From the NCBI GenBank assembly GCA_964247055.1, contig OZ176052.1, positions 12,276,001 through 12,340,000 on the forward strand: a stretch of 64,000 bases of DNA. Reading direction: 5' to 3'. The notes beneath the pieces are model-generated. The model was not told where the DNA came from, searched no databases, and saw nothing but the letters and a program-made list of their open reading frames with translations. A program made the position numbers and the translations under genes. Source of the DNA: Paragordius varius (Eukaryota > Animalia > Nematomorpha). Shown here one piece after another: positions 11,520 to 23,910 of the stretch (the stretch's first letter is position 1; every line of letters begins with the position of its first letter).

Positions 11520-13161
11520 TCAAAAGCAAATATTGTTTAGCAAATTTGGTTATATTTCGTTTCCTTAAAAAATTGTATTAAAAAAACTAAATAAGTAATG
11601 TCGCAAAAGTAGGCCAATAAAACCCACCATTTGTCACTATTAATTTCCTCGTCAAACTTTCTGTTATTCATAAATAATAGAATTTCATGTCTTAAAACAA
11701 ATCTATTTAATACTTTGATAAGGCTTAGCCATCTCACAGCGCTGCACAAAAGAATATTGCAAACTCACTGTGGATATCTTTCAGAAGGTTTTTGAATTTA
11801 CGGCGGTTGAATTATCTGCCACGGATGTGGTTAACTATATTCACGACCGTTTTAATTACTGAATTCAGTGATTCATCTTTTACACTCGAAATCAAGTTTT
11901 GCTGATGAATAAAGCTGTTAAAGGATAAAATATTTTGCGAATTATATTTATTTTTCGAATGAGGAATAAATCCTTTGTTTATTCCAATCATAGAGGGACA
12001 GCCCTCTCTGCAGATCGAAACCATTTGTTTCATAGATATACCACTATTATAGAAAAGTGCTAATTATTCGAGAAAGTCCCTTGCTTTCGTGGTATTATTC
12101 ATTGGTAAAAATTTTAAATATTCCTCATTTAAGTTATCGTTGCAAAACCTCAAGAAGATCCCACATTGAGGTTGAATTAATATCAGTGCTAGAATCAATA
12201 GCAATACTAAAATATTTGTAGTTTTTCAAAGCCAATAATGTATCGTTGAAAATATATTTAGACATATCTTCAATGCCTCGAGCACATGTTGAATCAGAAA
12301 GTTGAAGTTTTTTAACTTGCCTAATGATTTGTCAAATAAAAAGTGGTACCATTTATTAAACATTCTTTTATTATTTGGGAATCAGTAAACGGTTTAATAT
12401 TTCTTGAAATATAGCAAATTTCATACGAAGCTAATGTTACAGCTTTTGCTTGGGAGAATAAGCTATGGACATAATAAATTTTTCTTTCTGATATGATTCC
12501 TTAATCTTTTTATATTTTTCGTTTCTTTCCTCATGATTTTCTGGTAATTTATGAGATGATGGATTGTAAAATGTCTTTCAATATTGGATTTTTTTATAAT
12601 TATTTTGTCCTTACATATAAGGCAGGTAACGGCATTTTTTAAAACGACAAAGAATTTTTCCATTCTTTTTTAAAGGAGTGATTTTCATCGGATGATAGGT
12701 TTTTTAGCATTGAATGTCATCCTTTGAATTTGTGCTTAAATATTATGTAAATTTTTTCAAAAAAAATTGTAATATAAATTAAATTATAATAAGTTATGAA
12801 AAATGATGCAGGATAGCAATGAAATATGTATATGCAAGTTAGGGTGGAAGTGCCTAAATACAAAAAGGACTGCAATAAAAATTTCAAAATAAAAAAAGAA
12901 AATAGAATACAGAAACAGAAACAACATGTGCCAAAATCATTTTAATGTAGAGAAATTTTTCTACATTTCAAATTTGGTAAAAAATAAAAATCGTTAAAAT
13001 TAAATTTAAAGTAAATTAATTAATATTAAAACAAGCGAAAATTCGTTTATGTGTATTTTAAAAATTTATCAATAAAAAAAATAATTAAGTATCAATATGG
13101 TCATAGGGCAAATTTAAAGCACTCTTAGGGCCGCATGCGGCCCGCGGTTTGAGTTTCACTG
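11520..13161 (-). mobile_element. Decayed hAT Buster/SPIN-like element, 3'-truncated
   Basis: 5' TIR CAGTGAAACTCAAACCGCGGGCCGCATGCGGCCC on the minus strand ending at 13161. BED-finger peptide VTCLICK...KKSNIERHF, VSICREGCPSMIG (the TDG-like motif) and VRWLSL. Paralogue at 55643-57560. Confidence 0.8.
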
Positions 13162-13199
13162 GTCTAAAAGGTTTTCCAATTGCTCCGAACCCGAATTCG

Positions 13200-14040
13200 G
13201 CATAGTTAGTTTATATGTATGACCGATTTTGACCCCCTTTTTCAAAAAAGGGGTTTGACCTCGGTCAAACCAAATGTTCGCCTCAAAAGTGAATACTACA
13301 TACATTAGTATTTATAAAAATTATTTAAAAAAGGGTTTAAATAAAAAATATAATCACTATAATACATTGCTAATTTAAAGTTTTTTGAATTTTTACATTA
13401 ACGCTTTTTCCTGAAATCATATATATATGGCAAAGACATCCAAAAGATAAAACTCACGTTAAGAATTAAATTTAATACTATACAAGATTTATATTTTAAT
13501 AGTGAAAAGAAACGCCGAATCTGGAATTTATTAAAATCTACTTATTTATGCTCTAATCTAATCCCAAAAATTCTAAGATAAAAATGTAAAATATATTATA
13601 ATAATATTATAAAAATCCCATTCAATGAAATCCTTATATCTGCGTGTTTTGAACTATTTTTTCCATATCGATAACAAATCTTCTGAAATCCTTCGATTTG
13701 CTTCTAATTTAATTTTTTTGCGCCCCTTATATTCGATTCGGCGCTCTTGGGGGGTGTTGCCCCCTTTTGGGAACCACTGCTCTAGACAATGACTTATATA
13801 AAAAAATTATTAATATCACAAATTCAAACAATAAATGTTTCATACTCATCTTCATAACTGATAGTTGTGTCAACATCATGGCGTATTATATTTAATGGCC
13901 ATTAATTTGTCTAAACGATTTTCACTTAAACGGTTTCTGTGGGAATTTCTGCATGTAAAACTTCTTCCGCTGCGCTATTTGAAGCGGGTATAAAACAAAT
14001 TTTCCTGACTAATAAACACTAATCTTGCATAAAAACCGCA
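13200..14040 (-). mobile_element. hAT remnants (terminus at 13779; C-terminal dimerisation-domain fragment at about 13895-14040)
   Basis: GGGAACCACTG|CTCTAGAC is a Buster-like terminus with no partner end found. The minus-strand peptide IPASNSAAEEV...HRNRLSENRLDKLM resembles the hAT dimerisation domain. Confidence 0.4.
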
Positions 14041-14310
14041 AATAAAATTCTGCCTTAATACAAATAATATTTAAAACCATTCATTATTGATTTTAAATAG
14101 TCTCAGTACCTGGACAAAATCAGTTTTAAAGCCAATTTTTTGTTATATGATTTTTAATATAGGATGGGACCCGACATGAGGGTTATTAAGAAAAGACTTA
14201 ACATAATATTATTGAATTTATCGAACTTAAAACCATAATATTTATATTGTTTCATAAAAAATGCTTCAAGCCACGGGTTATGGCTATTTTACATAGGACA
14301 TAGCCCTATT

Positions 14311-14521
14311 CAGAGGCGTACCGAGGGGGGGCAAGGGGGTGCATCATGCCCCGGGCGTTGTTATTTAGGGGCGCCTAAATGATTTTTGAAAATTAAATTT
14401 TAATCATGCAAAAATAATAAGAACTTTCAAATGAGATTTTTCAGCAATTTAGGTAATAATCCCTATAATATATACTCTATTATTCACCTAATTAGTACCA
14501 TTGAATAAATTTAGTATTATA

Positions 14522-14556
<35 letters not shown>

Positions 14557-14698
14557 CTGTGCTGTCTTGTCTATGGTGTTTAGGTTACAACGTCTGTATT
14601 TTTTTTTAATAAACTGTTTTATTGGCTTTAAAAAAGGGGGGTAGGGGCGCCATAAAAGTTTTATGCCCCGGGCGCCGCAAATGCTCGGTACGCCACTG
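14311..14698. mobile_element. hAT MITE (Tip100-like termini), 388 bp
   Basis: TIR CAGAGGCGTACCGAG / CTCGGTACGCCACTG with a perfect 8-bp TSD GCCCTATT (14303-14310 and 14699-14706). Contains a (TA)n tract. Confidence 0.92.
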
Positions 14699-15099
14699 GC
14701 CCTATTCACAGCTTATTTAATAAAGTGCTCTAAATATTTATTTACTAAATATAATTAAAAAACAACTTTTTAAACCAGTGGTAATCGAACAGCGGTCCTA
14801 AAAATGCTATTTATGGGCCTGAATTATTTAAAAAATATTTGATGTACTTGTTTTAAGTAAAAATATCTGCAAATGTGTCTTACAGTTATAAATTGTTATT
14901 GGTATTATATGGTGTATGGCCCTTGGGACAAGATAATTATTTTTTGCGGCCCTTTATAATTTTTTGGTGAGTACCAATTTAAACCATAGATATTCTCATA
15001 GCAAATCCGAAAAATGACCATTAAGCATATTTTAGTGGGGCATTGTCAGGTGTCGTCATAAATTATTACCGGGTTAACTAAGAGAAGACTTTGCGAAAG

Positions 15100-15830
15100 G
15101 CACAGAGATTAAATTGACACAGACGCCATTTTGACATTGAACAACAACTACACACAAGCTGAGTTGGCAAAAAACATCCATTTACAATGTCGGAGTGAGT
15201 GTCTGAAAAAGTACATTTGTGGCATGTATTGCTTTTCTTAACGAAAAACTGATGAAACAGATAGTAAACATGTTTTATCGATTAAAACTTATGAAACATG
15301 GTTTATAAATTTTAAAAGTTGTGAATTCATGTTGAAGAGTTTGGGCACTATTGCGAACACGCTTAAGTTATTGGATGGTGACCCAGCTCAAAATTGCAAT
15401 AATGTAGAGCATTCTATATATCATAAAAAACAATCATTATATGCCTACGGGCAAGGGGGGTTCCACAGATTACGAATGAACGTCAATCGAAAATCGCTGT
15501 GTGACTTGTGAAGACCTGCTTCTTCAACGTAGAAAAAAATATCATTTTTGTATCAAATTCGGATGGGTGATGAGAAATGGCTTTATTTTGTAAATCCAAA
15601 GTGAAAAAAATGGCGGCTTTTACCCTGCCAAACCGGTCTACCAACACCAATGCCAAAGCTCTTTTGCAAGAAAACCGTGCTATATGTCAGGAATCAGAGT
15701 GATATTGTGCATTATGAACTTTTAAAATCCCGTGTAACCGTTAGTACACACCGCTATCATCAATAAAAAATTAATTTAAATCATGCCTTAATGGAAAAAA
15801 GCAATTGGAATTGGCCAGTGGAAGGCTTAT
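15100..15830 (+). mobile_element. mariner transposase remnant
   Basis: Broken frames FLYQIRMGDEKWLYFVNPK (cf. FLHRIVTGDEKW) and IVHYELLKSRVTVSTHRYHQ...LNHALMEK. Confidence 0.8.
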
Positions 15831-16590
15831 TATTTCAATATGTCGAAGACTAGATATATAGTTTAAGGTATTCTTGAAATTTTATATGTAATATAAATTG
15901 ACAATTATAACTCATTGTTAATATCCACTAGGTCAAATAATTATAAAAATAATAATAATTATTATTAAAAAGGAAAACCAAAAGCTTTTACAAAGATTTT
16001 TTTTGAATTTTATCTCATGTAATCCTAATAATTATATAAAAATAATTTATATTTTTTTAAAATTAGTTTGTCTATGAAAATTTTTGACTTATTTAAGGGA
16101 TAAAATTTTGACCATATAAATATATAAAGCCTAATAACTTTTACATCAGATTGATTAAAAGATTAACTACCATTCGATCAATTTTTCGCGCTTGTTTAAA
16201 TGTATAAAATACATGGCTTTCCATATAAAACTTTTAATTTTGAAAATATTGAGTTTATTGTTAAATCGGGGCCAAAAATATTCGATTTTTTTTTCAGATA
16301 TACTATTTATGTATTTAAATGAAAAGTATTTAAATTTACAAGAATGACACTTGAAAAACTCAAAATTTGTTGTCTAGTGTTATATTAGAAAATGGGTTAA
16401 AAGTATAACCTTACTAATTCAATAAATTTTTCCAGAGCAGTAAATATAATATTCCTATTTTTATAAATTTATCTCATGTTTTTTTATAAATAATTTTTAA
16501 TCTTATTAACTCTTCAGTTTAACCCCACCCCATGTGAAATGGCGTTAAAAAGGTTTATGCCCACAAATAGTTTTAAAATTTTTTAATCGT

Positions 16591-16793
16591 AAGGAGGTCG
16601 GCAACTTTTTTGGAGGTAGCCCGTTTTTAAAATAGAAAATTTTAGGCGAGCCCTACGCTTGAAAATATAATTAAAATAATACTCTTTGTCAATATCATAG
16701 TATATTAATAAAATGGAAAAAATTTCTTAACACATGTTACACAATGATTATAATGTGACTATGATGAAGCAATTTTGCACTTGCCGACTCCTG
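16591..16793. mobile_element. Short hAT MITE, about 200 bp
   Basis: Imperfect TIR AAGGAGGTCGGCAA / TTGCCGACTCCTG followed by GTGTAGAC. The left TSD is not recognisable. Confidence 0.45.
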
Positions 16794-17644
16794 GTGTAGA
16801 CTTATTTAAATTAAATAATATTTTTTTAGCCTAAGTGGCTATTTTTTTAAATTTGTGTGCATATTTAGTCAGCCTCCACGGTAAAACAATTTTGGTAAAT
16901 TAAGCTCCAAACAAAATATAGCCAATATAAAGGTTTCAAATAAAAGTTTTTAAATATTAAAGACACATTGAGCGATGCAAATATTGTGGAATTTGAACCT
17001 GATTTTATGTCACTGAAAATTTTTATTTAACTTTATAACTTTTCTGATTTTGAAGTGGTTAGATAGATAATTAGGTAACTGTTTAATCGAGGCTTACAAG
17101 GTTTTAATAGCTCCTATGTTAAGTGAGAATCGATCAACAAACTATTATTTTTTACAAAAGTTTGGCCAGACTATTTTAAAATCATCTAAATGGTTAAAAG
17201 AAATGCATTATCAATACAGTAAAGAGGAAATCATCACATTTTAGGAAAATGCTATGATATCTTATTTCATAGAATAAATAGCCCTTTATCATGAAAGCAA
17301 TAATAAGCAAAGTTAAAATTCATTTAAAAACCACAAAAACTACCATTTATTACACAATAAACAAAGAAACACAGAGTCTGATATATTAATATAAATGTAA
17401 ACAATGTTTATGTTTTAGTTCTTCGTGCTTTGGGAGATATTGCAGGATGGCTTTGAAAGGCATAACATCGAATTGGCTTGTCCGTTTGCGCTGATATCAT
17501 TGTTCCCATTGACCGTTCGGAGAATAAACCTTGTTAAACATATACGATACAACATTAGCATCATAACAAGTAATTGATACTTCTAAAATTAACCTTTAAT
17601 GTTTTGTGTTGCATGACATGATGTAACAAGAAGGAAGTTGTTTA

Positions 17645-19575
17645 TCAAAGAAGCCCAACTTTACTGCTACTCCTTTCTGCAAATTGGTCATAAAAATCTA
17701 AATATTTATGGAAGAGCACATAGGACTTAACTTTACGCACTTCTTTACTTGTTCTATTTTTTACCTTTTTATCGTCAAATAGAAACCATTTATCACGTAA
17801 ACAATACGCGACATAATGACCTATATTGCACAATCTTCCTTCGTGTGACAAAATTCCAATTAACTCGGCAGAAAATCCAGCCAGGGCTGGGATATTAAGT
17901 TCCAAATTATTTTTAAAAAATTCATTGACTTTCTTTCCCTTGATGTCAAACCTTTGCAAATGAATAATGAATATCGTCGGCATTTCAAACAATTCCGTTT
18001 GTCTAGTGACAGTTCCCACTTCGGAGCAACTTTATTTAGATAAAATATAATACTTAGGGCAAATAAAATCTTCCAATAGTTCTGGTTCAAAATACGAATT
18101 TAAGCAATCGGAAACCGATTGATAGTTGCAAATCGGTAGACTTAACCCAATACTTTCCTCCAATTTGTATGACACGTTATCGCAATAACAGCATTTCACT
18201 AATAATTAATAATCTTTTACTTGTTAATTTAAAGGTGGTGTTAAACAATTTTCTAACGGAATCATTCTTTTTAGAAAGGGAGTTAATCAAATTAAACCTC
18301 ATGACAATCCTCCATGGCGCTTTTGTTTATTTTATGGTTCCAATCTCTATATATATAATAAAAACATATATACAGTTTAATGACTTCAACAGATCGGGAA
18401 CATCGACGTCTTGATGGTCGTTCAAACCATTGAGTATGTTTTTAAGTTTGTTTCTAATTGGTTTTCCGATTTGATCAAGGAAATCAAAAATGGAATAAAA
18501 GGCTTGTATTATACTGTTGGCATAACTTGTATTGCCCTTATTGACGATTCCTATCGGTTTTTTCTTTTTTATAGCTATACTACTGGGTTGATCTCCGCAT
18601 TCTTTATAGTCATCAAGATATTTTTCACAAATTGTTTGGGATTCATTTTCCTTAGCTTGATATGCCTTATCTGATGTTTCTAAATTAAAATATATATTTG
18701 TCTCATTTTTAATAACAATATTTAACAAAGCGAAGGCCTCGTCTTTTTCAACGTTTAAATTTCGTATTTTCATACTCGTTTTCCGATACATTGTTATATA
18801 TGTAATAGTTGAGGGGGCGTGTCATTTTCATAACTGTGTAACAAAAGCACTTCGTCTTTTTCAACGTCTAATTTGGAATTTTGATAGTTTAGCTTTATAT
18901 TTTCATTTAAATAATAAGCTTGAAAGGGCATCGTGTCATTTTCTTAACTGTGTGACAAAGGCACCTCGTCTTTTTTTAAGTTTAGTTTGGTATTTTGAGG
19001 CACGTTTTCTGATGCATTTTCATTTGTTTATTTACTAAATGGACAGCGGTGAATTAGAGTTGATTTCTTCTAAACTATTTTTCATTTTCATGCAACAATT
19101 TGTAAAGAGTCGTTTAAATTTTTGAATTATTGAAACTTTTTTCTTTGACCCTATATCCGATTCCTTTTTAATAATATCTTTATCATTTCCGCTATCTATG
19201 TAAGGTATTAGATAATCATAACATAAGAAACCAAATGCAATTTATGTTATTAAAAATATTAATTTCTTCACTTAACAATGTAACTTTCTCATCATTCTTG
19301 AGTATTGATTGTATTCCACTTGAATCATCATCATTGGGTAACGGGTGTTTTGTTAAATTAGTATCTTGTGGGGTTTTGACTATCCTCTTCTTTTTGCAAC
19401 CTAAAGATAGAAAAAAGTTAGATTTGAATGAAAAAAAAAAGATTTAGACTTCTATGGTGACTTCTCGTGTTGGTGTTGTTGGGTTTCCTTTGTCGGTGAA
19501 CCTAGAATTTTCAAACATTTATCAAAAAGTAAGAAGTTTTGTAGAGAGCGTTTTTTTAATAAGCGTTTTAGGCAT
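17645..19575 (-). pseudogene. USP (peptidase C19) paralogue A; catalytic Cys to Ser, probable pseudogene
   Basis: Cys box reads GIVNKGNTSYANS (AGT instead of TGT); His box HEGRLCNIGHYVAYC and WFLFDD are intact. A -5/-1 compensating frameshift pair follows the Cys box, and a 5-nt deletion after EDCHEV gives TAA. Confidence 0.85.
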
Positions 19576-20559
19576 GATTAAGAGTTTTTAGAATTGCTTA
19601 TTTATATTTTTATTTGATCAATGTAGACATGATAATATTAAAATTATTTTCAACTTATGAAAATAAATTATACTTTGACTTATTCGTTAAAATGTGTGTA
19701 ATTATGCGCTAAAATATATCTTTTATTTATTTAATTTGACCATAAAAGTTATTTGATATACGCAATTGTAGGTTTTTCCTTATATGCAAACTAAGTAATT
19801 TTTAACCCGACTATTTGAGTTATAATTCAAAATCATTTTTTGGTTGCGCAGATAAAAATTTGCTAAAACGATTTTTTTTCCTAACAAGGGATTGATTTAA
19901 AAAGAAAATGGTTAGCAGAATAAAACCTAATTTATCTAAAACTCATTAATGCGATTTCAATAATACTTATTATTAGTACTATTCGATTTTGCTCTAACTG
20001 GGGTAACTGATAAAAGCGTCTTTAATTTTAGGTTTTAACCATCGATATTATCTGTCGAAACTAAAATATTTTTTTAACGTATATTGATTGGGGATCGTAG
20101 GTAAAAAGATGTTCAAAACCCTAAGAAATCGAATAACCTTTGTTTTAGTAATTTTATCACAGTATAAAATGCTTTGAAAGAATAATATTGAATAGATCCC
20201 AGTGAGAGGCTTTGAATCAATTTTCTGGAAAACGTGGAGGCCCATTTATATATAAGTGGAATTTTTCTCATTATTGCGCCGATATCCAAGCTTTTTAAAT
20301 TAGCCCCTGAATATAGGCCCAAAGGTGTCATAAAAAATTCCCAATATATCGCGTCTTTGGACGTTTTTTAAAAATCGTGTAGGCTTTTTTCATCTTTAAC
20401 GAAACCTAGAAGGCTCATTTTTTTGCTCGCGAATTTAGCCATTCTTTCCTCGTATGTCATTATTAATATTAAATCCAAATATTTTACATTAAAAGCCAAC
20501 AGCATGTAAGGGCGAAATAATTTTGCCAAGGAAGACGCGTACTTTGGAGGAATGCTATT

Positions 20560-20915
20560 ATGTTCAATATGATTAAATATGGTCTGATCTATTGTGTTGC
20601 AAACGCTTCTATTGATTACCTCTTGTATAAATTTAGCTTTTTTTGTCCAGAAAATATTAACGTGGTTATACCGATAAACCCAACTATATGCACAAGATTA
20701 TGGTTAAAACTTGTTTTAATAATTATTATCAAAACCAAACCGTTATTGATTGCAAAAATGTTTTTACTGAATGGGAAAATGTTTTCGAAATACTGGATAA
20801 TCGTATAGATTGACTGGGGAATTGTTTCAATTAGGAAAACATTTTCATTCATTGAAAATGTTTTTAGACTGGGCTGTAGTATATTTTTTAAATTTCTTAT
20901 TGTTAAATAATGCAA
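20560..20915 (-). mobile_element. Possible N-terminal remnant of a Tc1/mariner-type (DUF4817-like HTH) transposase; copy at about 36580-36930
   Basis: ENVFLIETIPQSIYTIIQYFENIF and downstream LGLS...KKLNLYK resemble this HTH family. The match is weak and degenerate. Confidence 0.35.
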
Positions 20916-21065
20916 TTATGTATATTTAACATGAAAATGTTATATATTATGTCAAATTTTCATTAAACCCGTTTGTTTTAAAAATGTATAGGTCTTAGAA
21001 GTCTCTCTCTGACATCTTTAATAAAGTTGGTAAATTTAAAATTATAATAAATTAATTCTCTAGAT

Positions 21066-22676
21066 CAGGGCTTCTTAAACTTTTGTAGTTCCCCACCCAT
21101 TTATGTGCATGTTTCTCAACGACCCCAACAAATATAAAAGAAATTTCGGTTTTGAGAGATTGACAATAAATCTACATTTTTCATAAATTTCTATAACATT
21201 TCTGATTCATAGTAAATTTATACAACTAGCTGGCCCTGTCACGCTTCGTGGCGTAGTCTCACCGATAATTATTCTAAATAATTTGCAATAAATAGAGTTA
21301 ATGGAGATAAAAAATAATAATAAACATATTTAATAAGAAAAAATGTCTTTAATTATTCTTTTATGTTTTGCATAGGCTAAAATATTGTGTACTCAAAATG
21401 ACCATATTTAATCCGTCCCTTCTTAAAGTTAATATATAACTATCATTGGATATATTTTAAGATTTTTGGTTTAAAAAATCATGGTTAAAAGTTTTTTTTA
21501 AAATTGTGTTTATACAACTGGGATCAAGGGATATAAAAAGTAAATTATTTGTGGCCCCTTTTTAAAGAAAAGAAGATATTATACAAATTCCCTAGAAATG
21601 TGTTTAATTGAACTCGTATGGCTTCTTAAGTTTTTCGAAAATTAGCTCCGAAATTACACCTATCTTGTATTGCGTCTCAGTTTTAAACCGGTAGACCCCT
21701 ACCCATAGACCTCTATGGAAAAAGCGCTGAGTTAAATTTTTTGCCTTTATAGGAAATATTTGGAATCATCTTTGATACCATCGTCTCATGGGCTATTCGA
21801 AAAAAACCTCAACACTAAATCGTTATATGATGGCGTTTTAGGGCATAAGGCCCCAAATTAACGGTAATAAAAAACCCGACCTTAATTTTTACCTAGTTAA
21901 GGGTAATATTTCAAGCTTTTAATGAGCTCATATGGCTTCATGAACTTTCTGTAAATAAGCTCCAAAAAAACTCAATTTTTTATAGTGGCGCAGTTTTAGC
22001 GGCTATCCGTTTGCCCAGCAGACAATATTAAAAAACGCAAGACTATAATTTTTGCTTTTAACAGAGAGTAACTCGAATCCTCAGTGAATTTTAACGGTCT
22101 CATATCCTGGGCGAAAAATTTAGTTTTTTTAAAAAAATGGCATTTTACGGGGGGAACGGGTAAAAAGAGAACCTAAATTAAAAAAGTAAGCCGACTAGGT
22201 TCGGCGCAATCGAAAAAAGTAATAATTATCATATTTGAAATCGAATGGTCCAACACGTTTTCCGTATATATGTATCAAAGAGACGATTGTTCTGTTTTGT
22301 TTTCAAAAGAACCCGTTTTTCACACGGTGTGGGCCCGAACTCGGAGCCTAAATCAAAAAAGGGGAAAGCTATTCTCTGGGCATTCGTTAATAATTGTATT
22401 TTTTTGACATTTGGATTTAAATGATTTTACCGGTTTTCCGGAAGCAGATCACAAAGCCAAAATTTTCCATTTTTATAAATATATAGATTGTAATGATTGG
22501 AATAGAAATGCTGGTATAAATAGTTCTTCAGAACCAGAAAATTATATAATATATTTATCTACGATGATTGTTATTTTTCTTTATAAAAATTTTACAAGTT
22601 AAAAACATTTTTTGTTAATCTCTTTTCTTATCATTCGCGTCAAATGGGGTCGCGATCCATAGTTTAAGAAGCCCTG
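21066..22676. mobile_element. hAT Buster-type MITE carrying a nested Helitron
   Basis: Perfect 15-bp TIR CAGGGCTTCTTAAAC / GTTTAAGAAGCCCTG with a perfect 8-bp TSD CTCTAGAT (21058-21065 and 22677-22684). Confidence 0.95.
21226..22487 (-). mobile_element. Non-autonomous Helitron
   Basis: On the minus strand: 5' A|TC start, a 3' CACG-AAG-CGTG hairpin about 10 nt before a CTAG|T end, and no TSD. These are canonical Helitron termini. Confidence 0.8.
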
Positions 22677-22711
22677 CTCTAGATTATTTTCCTTAGAACA
22701 AGCGTTGATTA

Positions 22712-23910
22712 CCAGGTGTAGTCTAAGGTAATTACGGCTTTTTGGTAAAAAACGTAATTGAGGAAATCAATTATTTATTTTATTCGAGATATTCTCCTTA
22801 TAAAAATTCCTCCAGCTCTTAAGTTATGAATGCCATGATTGGAAACTAAATGTTTTTTGGTAAACCATCTGTCAAGCCATTTTCAAACGTTTTCCAAATT
22901 ATTAAGCTGCTCTCTGCAAGCATATACCATGTTGATGCGAGCAGGGAATAGTGATAGCCAGGTCAGGAGAGTTCAGCGGATGCAAAAATATTTTCCCGAA
23001 GCGATTATAAGGTGTCTTTTATTGGTTTTGCCGTGTGGGACGCATTGTTATGTGGCAAAATTTATCGTCCTGTCTTGGGGCCCATTTTGGTCGTTTTCCT
23101 TAATGCATTAATTTAATTAATCATTTTCTGCAGATAGAATTTTGTATTAACGTTTCGGGCTTCTTAAGCTTATAATGCACAACAGCGCTTTAATCCACCA
23201 GACACATTCATGGTTTTACCGAAGTGTTTTATTTTGATGTTGATGGACCAGTTGTCAACATAGAAGCCATTTCTCTCTCAATTTAAAACCACTCCTCACC
23301 ATCTTACAATCCATGCAGAATGATATGCTTTTGTGGCGTGGAAGCAGGATTTCTCAAGTAGATTGGTGATTTTATAATTGTCAAGCGAATTGTCTAATCA
23401 GTATTTACTGAGTCCATCTCATTTTGTATACATCGACTGGTTGTGATACACATATGAAATGAGTTGGAGTTGAGTCATCATCCAATTTGTCTTGCACTTC
23501 GTCTTCGCAGCTGTGTGGTCTGCCATGGTGCCCACTCTCTTTCATATTAAAATCATTTAAATATTTAAACCACAGAATTGAATCGATGGAGCATGTACAC
23601 CATATTTTTTTGTGAGCAAACAATGACTTTTAACATTCTTTTTCTTCTGATGTATAAGAAAAGCAGTGCATCCCGTATTCGTTTTTTAGGTACATGAGAG
23701 CTCGCTTTTGACAGGATCTGTCTGTGTCGTCGGATGTCTGATGGGTCAAATGGCGTCGTCAAATTAATCGGTTGAGTACTTTTTTGTCTTGTTATATTAG
23801 TTACACTGGTATTATTTACATTTGGTGCATTAATTAAAATAATAAAGATATTGCACGAAATGTCTATATTTTTTATAAAAAACTATTATTTTTTAAGCCT
23901 TAATTTTTCA
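22712..23910 (-). mobile_element. Decayed near-full-length mariner element (copy at about 38702-39880)
   Basis: TA|CCAGGTGTAGTCTAAGGTAATTACGGCTTTT terminus. Broken frames give VQDKLDDDS, HNNASHTAKPIKDTL (cf. HDNARPH), HPLNSPDLA (cf. HPPYSPDLAP) and KWLDRWF. Confidence 0.82.

Noticed and set aside
19530-19575. A-run length difference at the start of the USP paralogues (7 in A, 5 in B at about 35822, 6 in C) as a phase-variation switch
   Set aside because: The N-terminal exon structure is unresolved (a likely intron lies nearby), homopolymers are error-prone, and A and B carry other lesions anyway.
22839-23111. Plus-strand ORF conserved in units A and B (METKCFLV..., also 38829-39098)
   Set aside because: It is antisense to the mariner transposase remnant; conservation reflects the recent duplication.
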